From Oculina patagonica (lineage: Eukaryota): DNA of 64,000 bases. Shown in pieces: positions 13,401 to 24,288 of the stretch (its first letter is position 1; each line of letters begins with the position of its first letter). A program made the position numbers and the translations under genes. The stretch is taken from positions 15,376,001-15,440,000 of the forward strand of contig NC_135759.1 of NCBI RefSeq assembly GCF_052425735.1, read 5' to 3'. Below the pieces are notes generated by a model. That model searched no databases, was not told the DNA's origin, and saw only the letters and a program-made list of their open reading frames with translations.

Positions 13401-16305
13401 TTGACCCTTCCAGCAATTTTGTCATTTTTTGTCCTGGTTCCCAGCGGAACGTATTCACCTTTTCTGCAAGGTATTTGATTTTCTCCCTTCCAGCAAGAGT
13501 TACGCCGAAAAAAATGTTCCAGAGACTACTAAAATGGACTATCACACCCGGATAACCCAGAACAGTGAAAAGCTGAACCACAGCCGCCGAAGAAAAAATG
13601 TCCGCTAAGCAGGTAGAATCACTACTAAGGGCCCCACATGAGCCCGGTACGGCTGCCAGACCAGGACGGGACTGCAAGGAAGCCCGGGACGGGGAAAAAG
13701 AAGAAAAGGACCAAAGCATCTGCGACTACGAGCATTGACCCATCAAACAGGAAGAAAACAAGGAAAACCATGGACCACCCAAAGAAAGGGAAGATCTCAA
13801 AAAAGTTGCGTCCCGGCGACGGCTGGCGGAAGGGACCCCCGGAGAGAGGCTGCCCACCCCACAGAACACACAAAAGAAAGGGAGCGAGCGGCCAGAAAAA
13901 TGAAGAAAAAAAAGAAAAAAGAAGAAAAGCACGAAGAAAGGCCAACGACCGAGAAGGGAGAGAGGAGAACGGGAGCGGAGGGAAGCGCGCGGCGGCGGGC
14001 GAAAGCGCGAGGGGGGCGAGGGCGCGCGAGAGGAGTTATCTGTTGAGTGAAATCTAGGATAGAGGGGAGGGAGAGTTCTTGGATGATCGGCCATTTTTTT
14101 TTTCATCGGAGTATGAGTAAGCAGCTCTGAGGGGGGGCGCGACGAGGAGTTTTTAGAGGATCGGATTTGTTTCTACGGAGAGTCTGAGCATCAGTGTGTG
14201 GGCGAGGTTTAGAGGTAAGGTGGTAGGAGAGGGGGGAGAGGGGGGGGGAGGGGAGTGGGGAGGGTATGCGGATTACGCCTTGAGATAAGGAGGTGATGAG
14301 AGTGGTCGACGTGTGTGGAACAGCGCGGCGGGGTGTGCGCGAGGGGTTTTGTATTGTGGGAGAGGATTTATTTGATAGGAAGGAGGCCTAGGGCGGGTGG
14401 GCGGCGGGGGAAGGAGCGTAAGAAAGGACCAGATTCACAAGAGGTAAGTTAATGGTGATAGCGGGAGGTGATTGTGGGGTTGAGTGACGAAGATAGTTGT
14501 TTGCGGTTTGGAGTAGGACATCGATTAAAGGACCGTCCCAGAGGTAAAGCCAGCCAGCTCAAGTTACGCAGAGCGGATTTTGTGGAGCGGTTTCGTTGGG
14601 CACGTCTGGGATTTGAGTTGTGTTGTCCGCGCTTCGGGACTTGAATTGCTTTGCCCGCGCTTCGGGACTTGAATTCTCTCACTGGATACGCTCCGTGGAT
14701 CCTCGTCGCCAGGTGTGGTGTTGTACCGTTTAAATAAAACCACCGCAAGTTAAACACAAGTCTGATTTATTGACTCCATGCTCGCGACGACTACAAGGGA
14801 AGCGGGAGTTCCTTTCGACCGCGTGCTCGTATGATTGACAGATGTCACAACACTACAAAATCAATTTCTTTTTTATGCCATTTGCATTGTATGCGCTTGA
14901 TCAGAAAGGAAATGAAATATTTACAAAGCCAACAGGAACGTGTCGAAACCTGCACAGAATACATATAGAGCGAAATCCCTATGACATGACGCTTACTGCT
15001 GGCTACGTAACACAAAAAAAAGGCGTTTGTGTTATTCTTGTGACTGCCGCTTGCCAAATGCGGCTAATGGCCGTGTCTTTAGGGCCAAGAAGCAGTAAAA
15101 CCTGGTAAAACTGTAAGCGCACGGTTTTACGCTTCTTCACACTTCTTGTTTCTATTTGCGTTTGTCTTTGTAATTGAATTAATGACTATCAGAGTTTGTT
15201 GTATACGAGAAAACAAGAGCGTTTTGTGGTTTTACAAGCTTCCAAATTCAAGTTGATGTTGGGTTTTTAGTTAAGCTTAGTTTTCACTTTAAGTTGCCTG
15301 TCAATTAATATTAAGGAAACAAATTCTAATTATCTTTGATGCACATCCACCAGATTTTGAAAACCTGCAGGAAGCATACTATTCGATGGAAAGTGGAAAG
15401 GTGGAAGGCATTCTGGAGGAGATGTTTACAGGGATTGCGTTTATTAAGAGAAATAACGACTCAGCTAAGCTATCAATTGCTAAAGTATTTGAGGAAAAAC
15501 ACGGATATGGCGCTGCAATAAAAGGGGATGGCTTCAGTCGTGATGTGTTGGACTGCCTGCCAAAATTGATCGAGTTTCTCTCTGACGAGATTTATTCCAA
15601 TACAAGCAGACTTCTTCAATTTGACCAGGTAAGGTTAATGTGTAAATAATAGCTGGACTGCGAGCTCGAGGTTTCCATTAGCTGATAATTCAGTAGCAAA
15701 AATCGAAGTCCTAAATCAGCTATCAACGTCATTAGAAACGGAGCTAGAAGAAGTAGTCTTATTATTCCACTGCCACCGCTACTAGTATTGCCACTACTAC
15801 TGCTACTACCACTACATATATCCAGAGACGATAAAGTAATCACTGTCCATCCATTCTCTTGAAGGTGTTTCCGTACAAAAGCTTGCATGAGCTTATAAAG
15901 CTCCAGGATTTTTCTAAGGAGGGGGTGCACTAATAAACCACATAGATTTTTTTGCACCCTACCCCTAGATCCGCCCCTGTATACGTAAGAACTCGAGCAA
16001 AGATCTTCATTCGTGAAGTTTTGAAAAGCAATGCAGTTTATCACTGATCTTTCCCAGACTTGAACAGTTTTGTTATTGTTTTGTTTTCTAGAATTCATAC
16101 AAGACACCATCTATGAAGAACGTGGCTGATACTGAAGCAAATGAAGAAGATCGCAACATGTTTAACCCAGATTCATATGCATTTAAAGCAACGGTTGTCG
16201 GAATTTGTGTTGTTCTCCTGGTTTTCATAACTTGTTCTGTCGTCATTGCCGGAGTCAGGCATCTGCGACGAAAGCGACCAATAAAGAAAACAGCTGACGT
16301 TGAAG
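4440..16305 (+). CDS. Multi-exon GluR0/iGluR-like ion channel with K+ selectivity filter (paralogue 1)
   Basis: Exons 4440-5108, 6891-6985, 7888-8044, 8731-8794, 15354-15628 and 16092-16305 have GT..AG boundaries and keep frame. Product: signal peptide (MKFMAFFKVASVVFV), Pro/Thr linker, S1-like (ISWQLRPPFT..DGIFHQALDFAL..DSPGVVLIRR), TM (WPIVVLSLLMSSLAGICIWML), pore GFWWAFVTMSTVG|YGDKTPKS, TM (GRLFSVVWIMTGITVCSILTATLSSAL), S2-like (GKTIGAQKKS..FENLQEAYYSMESGKVEGILEE..HGYGAAI), C-terminal TM. The 3' end is uncertain: either a last exon at 17263 (G|GT TGA) or read-through to the stop at 16322. Confidence 0.85.
5294..5818. mobile_element. MITE with GAG..CTC termini and 6-bp TSD
   Basis: TIR GAGGGTCTGAATGGGG / CCCCATTCAGACCCTC, with CTCGAA duplicated on both sides. 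Confidence 0.85.
8393..8575 (+). mobile_element. Fragment resembling the 5' UTR of an RTE-clade LINE
   Basis: GC-rich island CTCAATGACCCAGAGAGCTGTGCC..CCATGCCGGA..GCCAGACGAAGA..CCCTGGTCCTCCAGGTT, recognised from memory as RTE 5' ends. No ORF follows. Confidence 0.5.
8924..9067 (-). repeat. 3' LTR
   Basis: Direct repeat of 14714-14857, adjacent to the PPT. Confidence 0.95.
9200..13155 (-). pseudogene. Disrupted gag-pol polyprotein of the Gypsy element
   Basis: Gag starts MAVSLPTFPAF, with an in-frame TAG at 12832. Zinc knuckles CRNCGGAYPHKHSC and CTSCGKFNHFAKVC; protease LDSGAS; RT KLDLSSGYHQ and NISDDII; RNase H DASPAG and TDHKPL; integrase DFLGP, DNGPPF and NGEAER. There is a TGG>TGA change at 10249 plus a frameshifting deletion of the integrase Cys pair. 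Confidence 0.93.
14714..14857 (-). repeat. 5' LTR
   Basis: Direct repeat of 8924-9067, adjacent to the PBS. Confidence 0.95.
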
Positions 16306-16572
16306 GTAGGAAATTTTTCTAGAAATCTGTGGTTTTTTGTTTGCAGAGGTACGACCTCTATGGAGAATTCGAAGTCAGATATTCTGTATTAAGAACAAAA
16401 GAGACTCCTTAAAGGGACACTGTCACCAGTTTCACTTCAAAAACTAAAGAGCCTAAGACATGGAAACTACGAATAGTGGTTCAATTTTGTTAAAAATCAC
16501 CATGAAAGTGCACTGAAGCGATAAACAAGTGCTATTATTGTGAAGCGCAGCCATTTTTGGTTTGCTCACCAA

Positions 16573-16812
16573 AGTGGCGGTGGCTAGTGGTAGATATTTA
16601 ACTCGCCGCTTCGCTTCGCGGCTAAGTAAAGTACTAGCCACCGACACTGAGGTGAATAGCAAAGGATATTCGGAGTTTGAGTAGCCAGTCAGCGCGCGCC
16701 AAAAACGCTATCTACCGGTTTCAGTATATACAGACAAAGGATATCCGGAGTTTGAGTAGCCAAACGCGCGAAAAGCACTATTGACTGGTTTGGTATATAC
16801 TAAAAACGATTG
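16573..16812. repeat. Interspersed repeat with terminal hairpin (Crypton-like non-autonomous)
   Basis: Palindrome GGTGGCTAGTGGTAGATATTTA..TAAAGTACTAGCCACC, followed by a duplicated AAAGGATATxCGGAGTTTGAGTAGCCA. Confidence 0.45.
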
Positions 16813-18761
16813 TTACTGAATCGTTTCCGCATGTATCAGCACGAAATCAATGAATGATGTATTTTGAGTTGTTACATTATTTATTCGAAGTACCATTTTT
16901 AGGTGGTAGAGGTGGGTGAGGACGAGGAGTTGGGAGGAAAGGGGTACATGACTCAGCGGCTACATACTAGAAAATTCCTTGAAATTCTCCGTAGCAATGC
17001 ACTGAAATTGTTGCGTTACATACATCTCTAACACCCTGTGTACTTCTAATTTGTTTCTGTGTAATTGCACATTTTATGTTGAGAAAATTCAAACGTTCTG
17101 TAATTCTTTCGATGTTTTTATCAAAATCAGACAGGCAAGTCTTCTCTATCGTGGACATATAATGGTAGGCGTAACAAGCAATTAAAACGTACCAAATGCA
17201 AAATTCTGCACACTTAATTAAAACAATGGCTTATTATTACTGATTTACCATCTCTTCTTTAGGTTGAACCAATTTCAATGGACCGATCACTTCTACGTCA
17301 CGAATGGTCCGAAGCCCTGACCATATGAGGGAGGGCTACATAGTTATAGATATTAATGCAAACTGACGTCAATATATTTTATGCTTTAGTTCTCTTAACT
17401 TATTTAAAATGACACATTTGCCACGGTAGCTGTGGGCCCCAAATCCACTTCTTAGAAGAACAGGGTGTTTGATTTAGTTTAATGTCATCTTTCTTGTGAG
17501 CTGTACATGATGTAAACTAGGTACCGCAACAATTTGTAGGTTTAAAACTTAGTTAATACAGTTAATACATTAACTGTAGTCCAAAGTTCTTTATTGGTAT
17601 TGATTTATTAGCAAACTGATCCACAAATCAACTGATAGACTGAGCGGCCAGAGTTTTTCAATGTACAGGGACCGCTTTATGATGGACCGCTCACGCGAAC
17701 AAGTGACACCTTCATAAAACAAATATACTAAATATTATAGTAAAACTGGCGTCTTGTAAAGTAAAAGAGTTGCTTAAAAATGTTGTATGGCCAAAGCTGT
17801 TGGCTTAACTTCTATGAATGTAGCTTAAAAATGCATAACGTGCTTAACACAGTCGTGGAAAAGAGCCAAATATTATCAAAATGTATTGGAATAGTTTGTA
17901 TTGTTAGAGAAATGCTGTTCTCGCTTTTTTACAAGTAGAAAGTCGGTATTGAAGAATCTCCACCGATTTCCCACGAACACGGACCTCAAACTTGTTAATA
18001 ACGTCTAAATATTGCCCAGGATTTCGAGGGTGCCTGGAGCCCCATTGCTCAGTTCTAAGGTCGGCTATGTACTCTATAAGAGTACGTCAAGCTATTGTCA
18101 GCTATTTGTTGTAACACTAGTGTGAAAGTCCTGGGCAATCTTCGGTGTCATTTTGCCCTCCACTAACAAAAATTAAAAATAAATGCTTGTTTTTTCTAAA
18201 CCAATCAGACTTTATGCAGAATTTTTACTCTTTGTATTATTAAGCAGCTGTCTAATGTCCCAACCAGTTACTTATTGGACGCCGAAAAACTAACGTTTGT
18301 GTTTACAAGTCAGTTATAGAATGGCAATTTAGGGAGCACTTATTGTCTCGAATCATCCATTATAGTTGAACATCAAAATTGGCGCCATGCGAGAGCAGGT
18401 TATTTCAGTCAGGTTATTTTGCTGATTCCAATAAGTATGGAAGCTTAATTTTGAGCACAGCCTGCGTATTTGTGGTGCTCTTTCTTGTTCTTCATAGTCA
18501 GGTTTTCTTTTTAATATATAATACAACTTTCAACATGCATCGTATAATTAAACCATTTTAGCACGCTGTGGAGAAAATGAGCCAGTACGAAGATAGCCCT
18601 CCCTTCAGTCAAAACCAGTAACAACGGTGGACAATATTAAGGAACTGTCAAGCTGTTTGACTGACAGATCATTTCTATGTATAGCACATGATACCTCGAT
18701 CGCTTTCAAACAAGCATTGGCTGTTCGATGTAAAATAGCGATCGCCGTTTATCAAAACAGG

Positions 18762-21700
18762 ATGAAGTTAAAGTTGATGCTTGTGGTTCTTTTTATTGTT
18801 GCTTGTTTTGAGATTTTTGGGGCTACCGATATGACTTTACTGAAAACATTTATGGAGAATGAGCTCTTTTCTTCGCAACCCGTCCAGTCTTCCAGCCAGT
18901 CTTCGCCACAAGTCCAAGGTGCAGCTTCTCCGGCAAATACTAGGCCTTCCAGACCTACCAGTTCAATATGTCCTACAGAAATAAAAGTCTCTTGGCAGCT
19001 TCGACCGCCTTACACCGTGGAAAATAATTCCAAACAAGATCAGCCTACAGCTTACGGGATCTTCCATCGTGCCCTAGATTTTGCTTTGGAAAAGTGCTGC
19101 CTGTTCTACGGGGGAAACAAACCCATACTGCGATACCTAACCATGTCTGATAACGCGTCCGCTCTGCAACACACTACTTTTACAGAAGACGCAAGCCTAG
19201 CTTTTCCTATTCAACGCGACTGGTATATAGGTAGAGGGAGACACTACATTAACATATTAGATTCTCCTGGAGTTGTGATAATTCGAAAAGGCCCTTCGTA
19301 TTCGACGGCGGAAAAACGTTATCAATTGTTTGAAGCTATTTTAGAAACTTGGCCTGTCGTGGTTTTGAGCCTTTTGATGTCCTATTTGGCTGGAATCTGC
19401 ATTTGGTTGTTGGTAGGTTTCCCTCAGTTGTATTTAAAATGGGCTGATTAGAAGTGGGATGATTCTTTTTAGTCACAAGATTAGTCATGGATTTCCCAAG
19501 TTCTCTCTCAGTTGTATTTAAAATGGGATGATTAGAAGTGGGATGATTTATTTTTAGTCACAAGATTAGTCATGGATTTCCCAAGTTCTCTCTCAGTTGT
19601 ATTTAAAATGGGCTAATTAGAAGTGCGATGGTTCTTTAAGTCAAAAATTAGTCAACGATCTCCCAAGGTCTTTCTGGTACTGACAGCTCTTCGTCAAGAA
19701 GCAAAAATTTCTACTGGGTCGAAAAAACATTAAACCACTTACTTGACTAAATAGGTGGCTACTTAGTTACTCACTTGGAGAAGATGTGTCTGTTTATGTC
19801 AGTTTTTTTGACGGACATTAGAAATTTCAACGTTCTTAGATAAACAAGTTTTAGTTTTTAATTAAAAAAGTTTTGAAAAGATACTAGTTGGAATTTGAAG
19901 TGCTCATGTTGTTTTTGACAGTTAACAATGAACAGGTGACTACAGCTTTATGTTCTGACAGTTTTCATCCGAGACTTATTTTAAAAAATTCAGGTCACTA
20001 AAAGATATCGATGCGCCGGTGTTATAAACCGATCTAGGTCTTTTAATCAGAAAGAGCCCGTCTTTCTTTAGAGTGCTCTGATATCTCAAATGCCGTGCAA
20101 AAATTTTATGAAATTTTATAACATTTCATTTTCATTTCTTCGAGTAGGTTAAAACCAACTCGAAGCTAGAGTAATTATTCAGCAATTCTGCTTTCCATTT
20201 GCCTCCTGTTGAAAGTCATTTATAAGTCCACAAGAGGCCTATATGAAACACAAATTTTGCGTTAAGTATTGCGAGTGACTAATTAATTGAAACTAAAGGC
20301 CTTTGAACAAACAAAAGAAGATAGCAAGCTTTAATGCTTTTTTGTTTCATTTTTTTTGTTTAAGGACACCAGTAAAAATGAAGAGGAGTTTGGTCGTCCG
20401 TTCTACCGTGGAGCTTTTGATGGTTTCTGGTGGGCCTTTGTCACCATGACAACAGTCGGGCAAGTGTTCATACTTAAGTTTCACGATAAAGAAAATCTTA
20501 AAATGAGGAGGCGTAAATATATAACACCTGTTGTTTTATTGAGATCCTTTCGTTGATGAAGGTTGAGAGAGACCAAAATTTAAGAAAATGCTATAAAGAA
20601 CGTATCCAAAGCTGAAAATTTACAAAGAAAGTGACCTTTTTACTGACAGTGATTCAACGTTTGTTTTCTTCACTTACGGAGCAGCTTCGAGATACCGGTA
20701 ACAAATGTTCACGTAAACTGCATTTTTGGTTTGTGGACAGAACAGTGACATACTCGAATAGAATCTGTTACGGATTTTTTTTTTTTTGCAATATCTACCA
20801 CCTTGTTTAAAAAAGTTGGTGAAAAAGAACATTACCGAGAATAATTTATTATGTCCAATGTCAGCCCATAACAGTCGTTAAGTTAAAATATACCGGTAAA
20901 GAGTAGTGTAAACCGATCTCCTTTGCATGAGAAAGTGGTTTAAGAATCATATCATATTGCATTCATTGATTTTACAATTTCAGTGTCTCATATTCTTCAA
21001 TGCTGATTTTAAATGATACCAATACTTTGCAGGAAAAAAAAAATCAAATTATCCAGAAGAGATTTCCTTTTTCAATAACTCTTGGATTTGTTCAGTCAAA
21101 GTGTGCCTTAACTTAACTGTTTTTATTAAAATCCAGATATGGCGACAAGACTCCAAAGTCAATAAGAGGCAGACTATTTTCTGTGGTATGGATAATGACT
21201 GGTGTCACTGTTTGTTCAATATTGACGGCCAAACTTTCCAGTGCTTTGATGAATGTGACGGTGTCGGTAGAGAGATATGACGTGACCACTAGAAAAACGG
21301 TGAGGAGCAACCTTAAAATAACTTTCAGTGGTGAAATAGCTCATGTAGATCTGATATTCTCGTCGCATCTTGTTGTCACTGACTAATATGTTTTTACCTT
21401 TGTTTGTTAGCCAATAATAGTCGATCAACAACTCTACATTTGAAATAAAACCATGTTTGGTAAATGAGGTTTTTTATTATTCAAGCAATGTAACCTCCAG
21501 GCGTTAGGGTTAGTTGGGGAGCACATCATTTTCTGCATCGGGAAAAAGAACTATGGAGTTATGGAGATATCCGTGTTACAGAGGCAGAGTTTTTATGAAT
21601 TTTTGTCGTTTTCGGACCAAGTCAAATGTTCGTAATAGGGAGGTGTCCGTAAACAAAGGTTGGACTGTATTCTATTTTGATTTTTCGAAGCGGTCACTGG

Positions 21701-24288
21701 CAAGATTAAATTGGCAAGTTGTATTGTGTTTGCAAAAATATTTTTGCAGATTGGTGTGCAGAGGGAGAGTTTTGCTTTTAAACGAGCTGTAAATCTTGGA
21801 ATAAACATTACTGGTGAGTAATATGTACGTTACATTCGTTTCGATTGGAGATTATACCATAACCGAGAGAATTCTCGCGCGCTGATTGGTCCAAAGTTAT
21901 GGTGGATGAGAGTATAGACCATGAAAGTGACGTCAGATCACGCCACGCACACGCGCGGGCTAAAAGATGTGTAAGCTTGGTCTCCATGAATGAAAGCAAA
22001 TTTCATCGTGTTTTGTTTGAATCAAGTACGCATTTATTTTCGGAATTCAGGATTGGACTTATACTTAGGTGATTTGTCGAAAGAAAATTTACCAGGCTTT
22101 TAAATTTTTGGTTTAACTGAGAAGAACGGTGCTAGCGAACCGGCAGCGGACTGTCGACGTTCAGTGAACGAGCGCTAACAAGATCTTTCTGAAAGAAAAA
22201 TAATCTTGCTCGCTTCAAGCCATAGCCACACACTCAATGAGAGAGGACAAGGTAATTAAAATTGATATTCTTTGAATTCTTGTTCATCTTCTTTTGTATC
22301 ATTGTTGTTTTTACGTGTGGGATCGTAATCTTTAAGTCCCACCTGGCAAAGTTTCTTCACTTTGATAAATACTTGTTCGAGTTTGTTATGGTATAAAACA
22401 AATCGACCACATTATTCCATGGTCTACACTCTTATAGACCATAGAAATGACGCCATAAAATATCCAAAACTTTGCAGTGAAACCACTCGCCTGACGGCTC
22501 GTGGTTCCACTTGAGTTTTGAACATTTTCTGACGTCACTTCTATGGTCTATAAGAGTGTAGACTTACGGAAAAATGTGGTCGATTTGTTAAATTGTGTTT
22601 AGAAAACAGTCCGAAAAAACTAGAGCTGTGTTTGGCTTAAAGCCGATGCGAGAGAAATAAGAAACGCCAAAACTGGCGAGGACGGGTTTCGAAAATTTAA
22701 CCACAACGCGCTTGCCCATCGATAAAATGTTTTAGATTGCATTGGTTAAGAGGCTAATAAATAAATATGGTATGATGATGATGATAATGATGATGATGAT
22801 GATGATGATGATGATTATGATGATGATGATGATGATTATGATGATGAAACTTATGTACAGTTAGGTTTCCAGTTTCGGTACTCAAAGGAATACAACACGC
22901 ACACTGCCGTGCTGTTGATTGTGAATCAGATTTAGCAAGAGAACGGGAACGTCAGTTGACGACGATGCGCGCATATAAAACTTCCCATAATTATATGGGT
23001 TGCGCGCGCATAAAAACACCCATGCATGGGCATTTTTAATGCGCGCGCCGTCGTCAACTGACGTTCCCGTTCTCTTACTAAATCCATCTAAATTATAATA
23101 AGTATTGCACACCTCTGAGCTCATGTAAATCGTATCTATAAATAGACACTCTCTTTATATTTTGTGCGAGTCTGGGAAAATTCGAAACGGCCAAAAAGCT
23201 TCACCTATGAGATGCTGCTCTTATTACACGAACATAAAATCCTTTGTTTGTAGTAATAGTTTTAGTAGTTCGGATGACAGATTAGTAAATATTACCATTT
23301 TCACGATGACACCTTCTTATCGGTTTTCTACATTTGCTTATCAGATATCAGTTGACTCTTCGCCTGGTAAGTTATCTGTTATTAATCATCTCTTGCTTCT
23401 GTCTTATTGCGCATTCATTAGATTTTCAAAACCTGCATGAAGCGTACAATTTATTGGAAAATGGAAAGGTGCAAGGAATTATGGAAGAGATGTTTGCAGG
23501 GATTGAGTTCATTAAGAGCCGGAAAAGTGATTCGGATCTTTCGATCACTCAGGTCTTCGACGACAAACACGGGTATGGTGCCGCGATAAAGGAGGATGGT
23601 TTCAGTGGTAATGTGTTGGACTGCCTGTCAAAGGTGGCGGAGTTTGTCTCCGATGAGATTTATTCCAATACCAGCGCACATCTCAAATCTGTCAAGGCAA
23701 GTACCTATTCTTAAGTTTACTAAGTTTTTATTATCATAAATTGAATCAATGCATATTCGTTACACTTCTCGAACCACGGTATGTTCACTCTGACTGATTT
23801 CAGACAGTTTTTTTTCTGTTTCTGCGGCATGTATCTCCGCTCTCCTCCTTTGCGCCTTTAAAACTGATTATTCGTTGATAGCTACGTTCCTGCCCGTACA
23901 TCGATAATAGGTGTGTCCTGGAGCGCTCTACAGTGTTGGTAAAGAGGTTCACCAATGCCAAGGATACCTTCCTCCTTTTGGGAGAATTCCCGACGAGAGG
24001 GTTTTACTTTTAAATTCGCAGTATTCGACACCTTCTGATCGTTTTATTTTTGCTTTTTAGAATGTAGACGAGACACCATCTACGAACAACTTGGAACACA
24101 ACAATGAACGTGCCTCTAAGAATGACTTTAACATATTTGATCAAGATTCACATTCATTTAAGGCAACGGTTCTTGGAATTTCTGTTGCTCTGCTCGTTTT
24201 CATAACCTGCTCCGCTGGCGTTGCAGCGTACCGTTGTCTGCGAGAAAAGCGACTAAAAAAGATTGACGTAGAAGCAGGCGAAAACTGA
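18762..24288 (+). CDS. Multi-exon GluR0/iGluR-like ion channel with K+ selectivity filter (paralogue 2, 491 aa)
   Basis: Exons 18762-19412, 20365-20459, 21137-21299, 21750-21813, 23422-23696 and 24061-24288 have the same phases and near-identical lengths to paralogue 1 (95, 64 and 275 nt are identical). Filter TMTTVG|YGD. The donors after exons 2 and 5 are GCAAGT (GC-AG introns). Confidence 0.85.
19423..19665. repeat. ~87-bp tandem repeat (about 2.7 copies) at the start of intron 1 of channel paralogue 2
   Basis: CTCAGTTGTATTTAAAATGGG..TTAGTCATGGATTTCCCAAG recurs at ~19424, ~19507 and ~19592. Confidence 0.85.
21852..22589. mobile_element. Non-autonomous element with long terminal hairpin (Crypton-like)
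   Basis: Inverted repeat AACAAATCGACCACATT..GTCTACACTCTTATAGACCATAGAA / TTCTATGGTCTATAAGAGTGTAGAC..AATGTGGTCGATTTGTT at 22397-22589. The TACCATAAC (left) / GTTATGGTA (before the hairpin) pair is also present. Confidence 0.55.
22772..22846. repeat. (GAT)n microsatellite
   Basis: About 25 near-perfect ATG/GAT units. Confidence 0.95.
22929..23084. mobile_element. Hairpin MITE
   Basis: TIR GATTTAGCAAGAGAACGGGAACGTCAGTTGACGACG / CGTCGTCAACTGACGTTCCCGTTCTCTTACTAAATC. Confidence 0.8.

Larger units (their letters stand above)
8924..14857 (-). mobile_element. Full-length Ty3/Gypsy (Mag-like) LTR retrotransposon in intron 4 of channel paralogue 1
   Basis: 144-bp TG..CA LTRs at 8924-9067 and 14714-14857 (2 differences). 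5-bp TSD GAATC/AAATC. PBS TGGCGACGAGGAT (complementary to the tRNA-Ser(GCT) 3' end) at 14699-14711. PPT AGAAGGGGAGAGA at 9068-9080. Domain order gag-PR-RT-RH-IN. Confidence 0.95.

Noticed and set aside
13336-14757. Cluster of 100-140 aa ORFs on both strands (Lys/Arg/Gly-rich or Phe/Pro-rich)
   Set aside because: They are by-products of low-complexity purine-rich sequence, with no coherent domain. Not an env or accessory gene.
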